Shown here piece after piece: positions 1 through 10,241 of a stretch of 64,000 bases of DNA (position 1 is its first letter; every line of letters begins with the position of its first letter). The notes below the pieces were generated by a model. It searched no databases, was not told where the DNA came from, and saw only the letters and a program-made list of their open reading frames with translations. This DNA is from Albugo candida. Taxonomy: Eukaryota. The translations under genes and the position numbers were made by a program. Location of the stretch: assembly GCA_040437565.1 (NCBI GenBank), contig JBDOQK010000003.1, positions 620,001 to 684,000 on the forward strand, given 5' to 3'.

Positions 1-3000
1 GCACAAAAAATATCAAACGATATGGAACAAGTAAATCAGAAAGTGAATCGATCCGTAGCACTGCTCGACAGTCTGCTGCATGAAAGCGAACGCTGGGGCT
101 CGAGTGCTGACGGCTTTGAGCTGCAAATGGCCACATTGACTGGAGATACGCTGTTAAGTGCAGCGTTTTTGACATACATTGGGTTTCTTGATTTTCAGCA
201 ACGCAAGATACTCACTCAAGACTGGCGAGATATCTTACAGAGCTTTGGCATTCACGTCAAGGACGATTTGAGCTTTGTCGATTACTTATCCCGACCACAA
301 GATCAGCTCGAATGGCAGCAGAGTGAATTGCCAACTGACGAACTCTGCTACGAGAATGCAATCATTCTCCAACGCTTCCGACGATTTCCATTGATTATCG
401 ATCCTTCCGGACAAGCAAATCGATTCATCACACAGAATTACGCACGCAAAACGAACACGAAAATCACTCAGACATCCTTTTTGGACACCTCGTTTATGAA
501 GGTACTGGCCAGTGCCATTCGATTTGGGACTGCGTTACTGGTGCATGAGGTTGAAAATATCGATCCGGTGCTGAATCCGGTTTTGAATCGAGAATTATAC
601 AAGACTGGAGGCCGAGTGTTGATTCGTCTTGCTGGTGAAGAGATCGACTATTCTCCAGATTTCAGGCTGTTTCTCATCACACGCAACCCAACATGTCGAT
701 TTCCCCCCGACATTTGCAGTCGTGTGACATTCATCAATTTCACTGTCACGCCAAGCTCTCTGGAAAGTCAGGCGTTGAGCATACTGATGAAAAGCGAGGA
801 GCCCGAAGCGGAGCGTAAACGAACAAGTTTACTGAAAATGCAAGGAGAATATCAGGCCAAACTTCGAGAGCTGGAAGACTCTCTACTGCAGCAAATCAAT
901 AATGTCCAAGGAAATATCTTGGATGATAACAGTGTGATCAACTCTCTAGAAGCAATGAAAGCGGAAGCCGCGCAAATAACAAGCCAGGTTTCCGACACAC
1001 AGGTCACGATGAAGAGCGTCGAACAAGCTACCAACCGGTATCGCCCACTTGCTAAAGCTTGCTCAAAGCTGTTCTTTGCGTTGGAGAGCATGTCCATGGT
1101 ACATTTTCTATATCAATTCTCGCTCGAGTTTTTTCTCGACATGCTATCGCTCGTACTGGGAATTGATGGAAGTTGCGAGTTGACTGGAACACATACGGCG
1201 GATGCTGATGTCTCAAGGCTTAACAAGCTTTCCGCATTGCTCTTCAGAGTCGTGAGTTCTCGCGTGAGCCGTGGACTTGCAGAATGCGACAAATTGATGT
1301 TTGCATTACGAATGGCGCAAATTTACATCGATTTGAAGCGAGATACAATCAAAGTTGACGGTGGATCAATGGAGCCAACTCACTTTGATGGTCCGACTGA
1401 TTTTGAATGGGAATCGCTATACAACAAAAGAACTTTGGCGTTACGAAGTGATGCTATCGAGGAAGAGCTCGGAGCTCTAATGGAAGGTCCAAACGAGCAG
1501 AAGAAATGGCGTCAATTACTACGAACGAATTTGTTTGAGAATTTGCCAAGTCATTTGAAACAAAATGCTCATGAATGGACCAAATTTATAAAGCATGTGG
1601 CCCCGGAAGAGAACATTCCAAGCGGATGGGATCAGATTTGCGAAATCGCTGATGTCTCATCCATCCGTGCGGCCTTTAGAGATCTGATTTTGATTCACTA
1701 TTTACGACCGGATCGAGTGACAAAAGCCGCTGAGAAATTTATCGATCGTACATTTGGCCGAGATTTTCCCTGGAGAGGCGAAATTGAACTGCAGAAGAAT
1801 GTATCTACGGATACAAATGCAAGACGTGGTATACTATTATGCTCCACAACGGGATATGATGCAAGCTCTCAAATCGATGGACTCGCCGCACATCTCAACA
1901 AGAAGCTCACGTCTGTGTCTATGGGCTCACCGGAAGGCTTTGATCTGGCAGAGAAAGGATTAAATACCGCACTCAAACAAGGGTCATGGCTGTTACTGCG
2001 GAACGTTCACTTGTGCCCGTCATGGCTCATGTCACTGGAGAAGAAGCTGTACAATGCGCGTACTTGTGCCCACACAAACTTTCGTTTATTTCTGACGAGC
2101 GAAATCAATCCATCTCTTCCGCTGAATCTGATACGATTGTGTGATGTATACGTCTTTGAGCCTCCCGGTGGAATGAAACTCAGCATCCTGCGGTCTTTAG
2201 ACGCGTTATCGGATGAACGGATGGACAGCGTACCCGCTGAACGTGCGAGGCTTTTCTTGCTGTTGGCTTGGTTCCACGGACTCGTGCAAGAAAGATTGAG
2301 ATACGTTCCTGTCGGCTGGTCGAAAGCGTATGAATTTGGCCATTCAGACTTTCGAGTTGCATGTGATATGATCGATCGATGGGTCAATGCGGAAGGCACA
2401 TCTCGCGCTCATTTAAGTCCCGATCAGATGCCTTGGGCTGCGATTCGAACGACACTGAGTCAGTCTATCTATGGTGGACGCATCGACAATGAATTCGATC
2501 AGGTCTTGCTGGAGACTCTTCTTGAGACGGTATTCACGCCTGAAAGCTATCAAAACACATTCAAACTAGTGACGGATACTGATTATGCCGCGGAAGATGT
2601 GACGATTGCCGAAGGAAGGACCAAAGCGCAGTTTATGAAATGGGTTCACAATCTTCCGAATAGCAATTCACCGACGTGGTTGGGATTGGCGAAATCAGCA
2701 GAACAGATGCTGCAATTGCAACAGGGAGAGCATATGGTTCGTTGTCTTCAGCTTGTGCAGGATGTCTACGGAAGCGAAGAGAAAGAAGACCAACAAGAGA
2801 ACGTATCGGCCTTTAGCGTACAAAGCGAGCGACCGAAATGGATCGTCGCTCTCGAAAAGCGTGTCAGCCATTTCCTCAGTGTGCTCGATATACAGCTGGT
2901 CACGGATACCGCTCAAGACTTTTCCGAACGCTTGTCATGCTGCGTGAATCGAGAGGTCGAATATGGCAAGTGGTGCTTACAAGTCGTACGAGGACTCCTT

Positions 3001-3636
3001 GAAGCGATAGCATCTGTCTGCGCTAACCAGACCAAGCCCAGTGGGGAAATCCGCATGGACATGCACACTTTGTCTCGTGGAAGCCTTCCGTCTCAATGGA
3101 AGAATTTGTACTACACGCCGCCAGAGATCGAAATCGATGAATGGTTTTTGGATTTTCAGCAAAGACTCCAACAAGCAAACGATCTCTGTGTCGTGGACGT
3201 ACATCAGCTATTGACTTTTGAGAAAGAGATTTGGCTTGGCGGATTGTTTTTCCCCGAGAGCTTTATCGCTTCCACTCGGCAAAGTTTGGCGAAGACACTG
3301 CAATGTTCGTTGGATGATCTTTTCCTCGAAGTTGCTGTGGACAAGTTTAATGGCGCTCCGAACGGGTTTGTAGCATGCAATTTGCGATTGGAAGGTGCAC
3401 ATTGGTCACAAGACGAATTCTATCCCACGGAAGCGATCTATGTCGAGGTTCCAAAGCTGTATATGCGTTGGTCGCCATTCGACTGCAAGACCGAGGAACA
3501 TCGACGAATCCCAGTTTATGCTTCCACACGCAGAGAAAATGTCCTCTTCACTGTCCACGCAATTGTCAATGAGTCGACGTATCCTCTGTGTCAGTGGCAT
3601 CAGCGCTCAATTGCGCTTGTGCTATCACACAAATAA
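1..3636 (+). CDS. DYNC1H1: Cytoplasmic dynein heavy chain, C-terminal part (stalk end, AAA5, AAA6, C-terminal domain); 5' truncated by the window edge
   Basis: 1204-aa ORF with the motifs RFPLIIDPSGQA, CSRVTFINFTVTPSSLESQ, WLLLRNVHLCPSWL, ERLRYVPVGWSKAYEF, IYGGRIDNEFD and WLGGLFFPESFIASTRQ, typical of cytoplasmic dynein 1. Confidence 0.95.
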   Translation, partial: AQKISNDMEQVNQKVNRSVALLDSLLHESERWGSSADGFELQMATLTGDTLLSAAFLTYIGFLDFQQRKILTQDWRDILQSFGIHVKDDLSFVDYLSRPQDQLEWQQSELPTDELCYENAIILQRFRRFPLIIDPSGQANRFITQNYARKTNTKITQTSFLDTSFMKVLASAIRFGTALLVHEVENIDPVLNPVLNRELYKTGGRVLIRLAGEEIDYSPDFRLFLITRNPTCRFPPDICSRVTFINFTVTPSSLESQALSILMKSEEPEAERKRTSLLKMQGEYQAKLRELEDSLLQQINNVQGNILDDNSVINSLEAMKAEAAQITSQVSDTQVTMKSVEQATNRYRPLAKACSKLFFALESMSMVHFLYQFSLEFFLDMLSLVLGIDGSCELTGTHTADADVSRLNKLSALLFRVVSSRVSRGLAECDKLMFALRMAQIYIDLKRDTIKVDGGSMEPTHFDGPTDFEWESLYNKRTLALRSDAIEEELGALMEGPNEQKKWRQLLRTNLFENLPSHLKQNAHEWTKFIKHVAPEENIPSGWDQICEIADVSSIRAAFRDLILIHYLRPDRVTKAAEKFIDRTFGRDFPWRGEIELQKNVSTDTNARRGILLCSTTGYDASSQIDGLAAHLNKKLTSVSMGSPEGFDLAEKGLNTALKQGSWLLLRNVHLCPSWLMSLEKKLYNARTCAHTNFRLFLTSEINPSLPLNLIRLCDVYVFEPPGGMKLSILRSLDALSDERMDSVPAERARLFLLLAWFHGLVQERLRYVPVGWSKAYEFGHSDFRVACDMIDRWVNAEGTSRAHLSPDQMPWAAIRTTLSQSIYGGRIDNEFDQVLLETLLETVFTPESYQNTFKLVTDTDYAAEDVTIAEGRTKAQFMKWVHNLPNSNSPTWLGLAKSAEQMLQLQQGEHMVRCLQLVQDVYGSEEKEDQQENVSAFSVQSERPKWIVALEKRVSHFLSVLDIQLVTDTAQDFSERLSCCVNREVEYGKWCLQVVRGLLEAIASVCANQTKPSGEIRMDMHTLSRGSLPSQWKNLYYTPPEIEIDEWFLDFQQRLQQANDLCVVDVHQLLTFEKEIWLGGLFFPESFIASTRQSLAKTLQCSLDDLFLEVAVDKFNGAPNGFVACNLRLEGAHWSQDEFYPTEAIYVEVPKLYMRWSPFDCKTEEHRRIPVYASTRRENVLFTVHAIVNESTYPLCQWHQRSIALVLSHK

Positions 3637-3789
3637 TCGACCGATTTTGCTTTTCGGTCGAAAATATGAATGAAGCAGCCGAAATAAAAAAAAACTTTTT
3701 GTGAGATTGAGTTTCTACAAACTCGCATGCTCTTTGTATTGCCAGAAAGGGTGTCTGTGACTTGCAGCTCGAATGTATACGCATGGAGC

Positions 3790-6438
3790 TCAGATCGACG
3801 ATTTTCGACTTTTGGTACGCTTTGCGGCTGAAATTGGTGGATTGGACTCTTGAGCTTCAGCGCCATCAGCCGACTCTAGAGAGATTTGACCTGTGGCTTC
3901 CAGAACCTCCCGACTTTTACTGATCCATTCGACCAGTTTTTCCAGCGAAACTAGAAGGAAGAGTACGTCAGCAAGAGAGAAAAACGAGCTTGTAATGCGG
4001 TCACACTTACTTCGTCCGTCTTGATCTTCATCAATTTGAGCCACAAGCCATTCGACGTCTTCCTCTCGATTTGATTTGCGTAGAATGGTCATGACAGCAT
4101 GCTTGAGCTCCTCTGCACTGAGCACACCATCACTATCGCGATCCAAAATGTTGAGACGATCACCGACGTCTCGGTCTACTTTATCCAGTTCTACTTCGAG
4201 AGTAGACAGCATCGCTTCCAATTTCTTCATCATCCGACCGGCGGTTTTGTTCTCTCGGAATCGAGCGCCAATCCGACCAGCTGCCAGAAGACTTTCCACA
4301 TCCATTTCGGACTTATTTTGCTTCATTTGATCCACAGCCTGCCGTTCCTTTTCAACGAGTGATTTGAACGCTAACGATTCCAGTGCACTCAGCGCTTCCA
4401 AACTGATGATTTTCTCGACCGATTTTGCAGAGGTAGAAGGCGTTTCTTTTGATGTAGCAGCCTCTTCCGCAATACTGATCTCAGCCTGTTCCGCCTGCTT
4501 CTTTGCCAAGTCATCCATTGTTCCATCAAGGAGCATTCCAGCAGAAGCTAAAGCCGGGATTCTGCTGGGTAATGGACTGCTTTCAGACTCCTTCATGATG
4601 TCCTGAATGGTGGCAGTAGCTTCCTCTGCAACGGCTTCAGCTGCAGATGCTTCTTCATCGGCCTTCTTTTTCACTTCTGTACGATATTTCTCCTCATCCG
4701 CAATCATTTCATTTTGGTAACGAATACTATCGAGCTTTAATTTCGTCAATTTGTGGCTTTCATTTTCTGATGATGCCGCAAGCGCTACTTCCGTCACAAC
4801 TTCCTCATCCATGGACGACATGGACGTCGCTAGAGCCGCCTCAGGATTGTCCAGCACAGTGATGTTGAGTGCCCGAGACATGATGAGCAGAGAAGCAGGA
4901 ACGTTCTTATTGATGGATAAATCAAGCCACTGTTTCATCTGTCGAATGTAGCCAGCTTTCGTGAGCCCAGTTGCGCGCATACCACGCTCCATGCAGGCTT
5001 GCTGTAATTCCTCTCTATTGAGCGAATCCAGTCCTTCCCAAATGATATCCTGGTCATCCTTCTTGAGCTGTCGGAGTCGATTTCGCAATTGGAAACGTAA
5101 AAGATTATCATTTCCGTAATGCTGGACACCCATGTAACGACACATTGCTACTAATTGCGGTCGCGAAATATTATCCAGCATCAATTCATCATTGAACATT
5201 TTGGCAACTTTGAGAGTTTCTTCGGCAGTCACCGGCTGTCCCCCTTGTGCTCGGGCTACAAAGTTCATTACTTCGGAAGCACTCGCTTTTTGCTCCTCTG
5301 AGACTCCTTCCGTATCGCGAGTATCTTGCATCACTTCTTTGACAGTTTCTTGGAGAAATTCGGCTAAAGAAATACGAAGCTGTAGTTGACGCTTCATGTC
5401 TTCTTCACGCTGATAAGAGTCTTTAAAAGTACTTGGTAGCATATTTGGAAACATTTTCAGCGCAACGGGAAGCAGAAGCTCCATAAATGGAACCACAACA
5501 AAGAATGCAAATGGAACCAAACGAAGTAAATCGGCAACTGTCCTCTGTAATTGTTTTCTTTCTCTCCTTGAGATCGCATTGCCGTGCAACACACGTCGAA
5601 TGATTCTGTTGGTATCAAGCTGTCAGTCGATGTGATAAGATCCATTAACTAAAATGTGGCCTACCTGGTTGATGTGGTCGTGTCTGCGCATAAAAGTTTT
5701 GTGCCGAGCCAATAATGGTGCAATTCTTTCTTGACCTTTTCCTTGAGCTTTCCCCAGTACAGCGCTACCGTCTGAGGCTCCCGAAATATTATATAAATCC
5801 CTCTACAAAGTGCTCGTAAAGCGTCTCGAGTCAGTTGTGGAGTTCGTTTCAGCAGTCGTAGAGCCTTCTCCTGCACTTTGGGAATCTGCTGATCCAAATT
5901 TTCAACTCGTAACAAAACACGCTCCCCTCCTTTTTCCAACGCGTTGACCAATTTCTGTTCCTATAAACGCATATCAGTACTTATAAGAAAGGTTTTGAGT
6001 TGACACTTCTACTTGTGCTTTGATTTTACTGCGTCTTCTCCTCGCTGCTGCAATTTTTTTCTTACTTTCTGCCGTCAACTCGGTTGATAAAGTCGCATTT
6101 TTGGGGATTGCTGACGGACTACTTGAAGGAGATTTGTTGACTTGCTGGTTGAAATGAAGGATTCGCGCACTCGTGAAGTACGAATGGTAGGTATATGGAA
6201 TCCATCGCGACGGATCGCATGCATTGATCGTGAGATAACTTCTTGCAGAGATACAGGTAGTGTGTCGGAAGCGTAAATGCTCGCGTTGATAGGGCGTATT
6301 ATGTGCAAAAGCGGATTTGTGGCGATTGTGAGAGGAGCCACAATTAGTGGTGAGTATTGGCGGTATACCTTGGGTTAAAAAATGGGACTGCGATCGTCTT
6401 TGCACACAGCGCTTTGCACAAAGTTGGAAGCTTCGCAT
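3790..6438 (-). CDS. LETM1: LETM1/MDM38 mitochondrial inner-membrane protein with C-terminal EF-hands, intron-containing
   Basis: ELHHYWLGTKLL, RRERKQLQRTVADLLRLVPF..MELLLPVALKMFPNMLPSTF, LQQACMERGM; EF-hand-like DRDSDGVLSAEEL and DEDQDG; Arg-rich presequence. Introns ~5606-5664, 3951-4010 and one near 5961-6012 (boundary uncertain). Confidence 0.93.
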
Positions 6439-6628
6439 CGGATCAATGATTCCTCGTAATTGATCAGAGCAGTACTGTATTTGATCGAATAAAAGAGTGA
6501 GATTTATTAGCCAACCATTTCAATAGTTGACTTCTCTATTAAGGAACGGTCTTGTATATATAGCATTGTCCTTTTAAGATCGTCGATCGTACTAAATACC
6601 AAGTAGAAGAGCGGGAAAGTTGATTGTA

Positions 6629-7780
6629 TCATAATGCGTTTGGGAAGGTCACAGATTCTATGTAATTGTAAATCTCGTCCAACAGATCTTGGTTGGATTT
6701 TCTGCAAGATGATGAATTTGACTTTCCAGTCGCATATGTTTTCATTTGCACATATTCTCTAGCTTCCTTAAACTGAAGCATCTTTGACATTACTAAAAGT
6801 GGTGCCCATGCATCTGTTGCAGCATACTGTATTTGTTTCACACTCAGATGCGGTGCTTCCCAATCCGATAGCTGCATTTTTTTTGATAGATTATAATCCA
6901 AGAAGATTTGACACAGAGTCTTAAGTCCTGGTCTACTGCAGCCAAGTCTTTTTGCAATTGGTAATGTATCTATCGTTGATGAGACCCGTTCTACCAATTT
7001 TGACTCTCTTAACGATTTGCAATCGTCTCGTAATGAGTGTCCGACCTGTTTGTAAAAAAACACTTACTCTTGTTGGCAAACAATTGGTAGCATTGTTCTT
7101 CGTACCTTGACAACATCAGAGCTAGCCAACAAGTAAGCGAGTAAAGCTGGTAGCGGTTGATTGCGTTTTATCCGGTAAAGAAATACCGCATCTATTGTAG
7201 ATATTTGTATTAAGCTTACCGGATTATTCGCTTTGTTCGATTCGAATTGTGGTCGACACTCGGTGTCGATTCCAATTATCTTCAAATTTTGGAGAACTGA
7301 AGCAAAAACCTTTTCCTCACTCTCACTGTGGATAACGTTGATTTTACCAGGAAAGTTCAGATACGGAAATTCCTCATAATCAAATGCGGTTTTCAATCCA
7401 TAATGATTGATGAGAACTGATCCTTGTTTGAAAAGCGGCAAAAAGCGACTTCGATTATGCTTTGTTTGCTTATGACCTGACAAAAAGGTCATTTTCTAAT
7501 CTCCAAAAGACACTGAATCAGAATAAAGCAGAAATCCATGGATTTTTTGTACCTCATTGAGAGTTTTTGTCCCTAATTTTTGTGCACTTTGCTTCGCATC
7601 TGGCGGCTCATCCTCGTCCATTGAGAGTGCCTCCTGTAAGCGCGTAAACTGTTCGTTTTGACGTGCCGCGATAATTCCAGCCTTGTGCTTTTGTTGACGT
7701 CTTAGCACCTGTACCTTGCTTTCTAACCGTATCACTCGTTTTAAAGAAAACAAACGCTTTGCCACTTTGGCACGTAGCAT
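6629..7780 (-). CDS. DEDD(y) 3'-5' exonuclease (WRN-exo/EXD2-like), 3 exons
   Basis: ExoI IIGIDTEC, LIQIST, GLKTLCQIFL, SDWEAPHLSVKQIQYAATDA (ExoIII); basic N-terminus MLRAKVAKRLFSLKR resembles a mitochondrial presequence. Confidence 0.85.
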
Positions 7781-7899
7781 GCAACCCGATGCTTTAGGTT
7801 ATAGAGCAAACTTAACTGCAGACAAAGTGTCAGCTAACGCATTAAGTTACTTGATCGGTAGTGTCCAACTCGAGAGCAACTCCAACAGGAGAGAGCGTT

Positions 7900-9115
7900 A
7901 TGGAAGCATTTTCGTTGGAAGATGTGCAGTATAGAAAGGAAAAAGATCAGAATACACTTGTATTCTCAATTCCGTCAACTTCTGGCCTACTGGTCACGTT
8001 ATTGGACTCGAAATGTCCGAATTTATGGCATCGGTATCAGAAACAGGACTTGCGATGGATTCATGCCTTACAGTCGGTCGCAATAATACCGTCACGAAAA
8101 GTAGAGGTCATTTTCGAGAAAATAAAAAGCATAGAGCCTCAGATTCCGTCCGCCAAATGGGCTAGAGCATTCCAGTTGCTGTTGGTTCCGCTGTTACAGG
8201 CCACAAGCAAAGCGATGATACGAAGTTTGTGTGAGCAGAATTACTCTGAATATGCCAACATTGGACTTTTACTCAAGGAGAAGAGCGCGCAACTCGTTCG
8301 GAATTGGATGGCAGATCCAGTTGATGGGTGCGTTATTCGCAAAAAGTGGGTCGTTGGTACGTTTGCGTCCGCCTCTCTGTTGATGCTATTTCTTGGACGC
8401 TGATCAAGCTCAATGGATAGGTTCATATGCACAAGACGATTTGGTGTCTACCCCGCTTGGGGCCGGATACATTCGCCTGTATCGCCCGGAAGACAGGATT
8501 TGTGTAGTAGTGTACCCGTGGGGTAATGGTTGGGTTCATTTAGATAAAATCAAGAGTATCACTGATGCGCTAAAAGATGAAGAAAAGATGAAAGCACATG
8601 GGTTCTTCACACCCTTGGAACATCAGCATTTGTATGAGAATGTTCTGGAAAGTCCGTATTCAATCATACAAAGACAAGCGGATGATGAATGGAAGGACTC
8701 TTCCGTCGCCTTTATGAAGGAATCGTCCCAACTTTTAACGAAAATCAGAGCAAAAGACATCAAGCCCTTTCCTTTGTATGAAAAGACAAGCGATTTAGAA
8801 AGCCACGTCAACCTCATAAGAGTTCTAAAAACTGAGGTACGATGATTACCATTAGAGCTCAAGTTGTATCAATCAATTTCTGATCGTTGCAGAGAGATGA
8901 ATCCATGGTCCTACAGAATAGCTAGTGTTCACCGAAAAAATATTCATCTGCATTCAATGTTGACCGCTTGTGACTTCCGAATCCCATCAATGTCAACTAC
9001 GAACTATGAATGCGAGAAGTACGATCGGTCTGTTCCTCACACTCCCGCACGTGTCAACGACTTGATTTCCTCACATCAAACGTTCCTTCAACGCAGTATT
9101 CATCCTACCGCATAG
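7900..9115 (+). CDS. Hypothetical multi-exon protein
   Basis: ORFs 7861-8403 and 8393-8845 can be joined by a GT..AG intron (~8357-8409); VSTPLGAGYIRLYRPEDRICVVVYPWG segment; 3' end uncertain. Confidence 0.55.
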
Positions 9116-9210
9116 CGCACGATAATTGACACAAAGCTGACCTACCGTGTCCTCTCTCTTAATTCAAGAAACTTATTCGAGAAAAGAATCAAAAAGAAGG
9201 TCATACGAGC

Positions 9211-10146
9211 ATGAAATCTCGATCGTTTGCAACGCAATCATATAAGAGAAGCAAACACTTTATATTGGTTATTGGAGGAAAAGGATTCGTAGGAAGTAAT
9301 ATCTTACAACAAGCACTACAAAAGGGAATCGATGTGCGCAGTTTGAACCCATCGGGCAAGCCTTCTTGGACAGATGCTACATGGATCGATGACGTGGAAT
9401 GGATTCAAGGAAGCGTTTTTGATTCAAACGATGTGTCTTCAGCTATGAAAGACATCACTGGAGTCAGTAAGTACCTTACAATGCAGAAATCTCTTTCAGA
9501 GTCGCTCATCTTTGGCTTTTAGTTTCCACAGTTGGCGCATTTGGTAATCAAGATCATATGGAGAAACTGTGCGGTGATGCGACCATCAGAGCTGCTACTG
9601 AGGCTAAGAAAGCTGGTCAGAGTTTTTGTTCTTGAATGCAAATGAGTATGTGATTGACATTGCACGCAGGAATTCAGCGTTTTGTATTCATTTCCAACTC
9701 GAAAGTTGGCTCCTCCATCCCATCGTGGTCTCCTTTGTATGGTTATTATCATGGAAAGCAACGAGCTGAAGCTTCTATTCGAGAAAAGTAAGCACTATTC
9801 GCATGATGTGAAATCAACAAGCATGTCACTTACTTTGTCTAGCTTCCCTGATACTGGAGTTTGCTTACGCCCTGGATTCATTTACGGATGGAGACGAGCG
9901 GGATCGACTAACGTTCCACTTCAGCTTTTTGGAGTTCCAATGACAATTGCTTCCAGGAAATTGGGCGCATTATCCACAATCGTATCAAATGTCCCGTTCG
10001 TCGGCTCTGAAATGTCAGCAGCCGTACCCGTGGAGGCTGTAGCCAAATCTGCAGTTTTGGGCGCAATTGGATCAGTGGAGAAGCAGATTCTTGATACGAC
10101 TGAGATGCTGAAGCTCGCAGATTCTTTTCATCACACGATCGAATAA
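9211..10146 (+). CDS. NAD(P)-binding atypical SDR (NDUFA9/COQ11-like epimerase), ~4 exons
   Basis: Rossmann motif ILVIGGKGFVGSNI, VEWIQGSVFD, spliced STVGAFGNQDHMEKLCGDATI and YYHGKQRAE, LRPGFIYG. Confidence 0.85.
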
Positions 10147-10241
10147 AATCGTTAATATATCAATACATCAAATCGTTCTCACTGTCTCTGACGTTGACGC
10201 GGCTCAAAAGCACAAAAATAGACCACAAAAACCAGTCAAAA

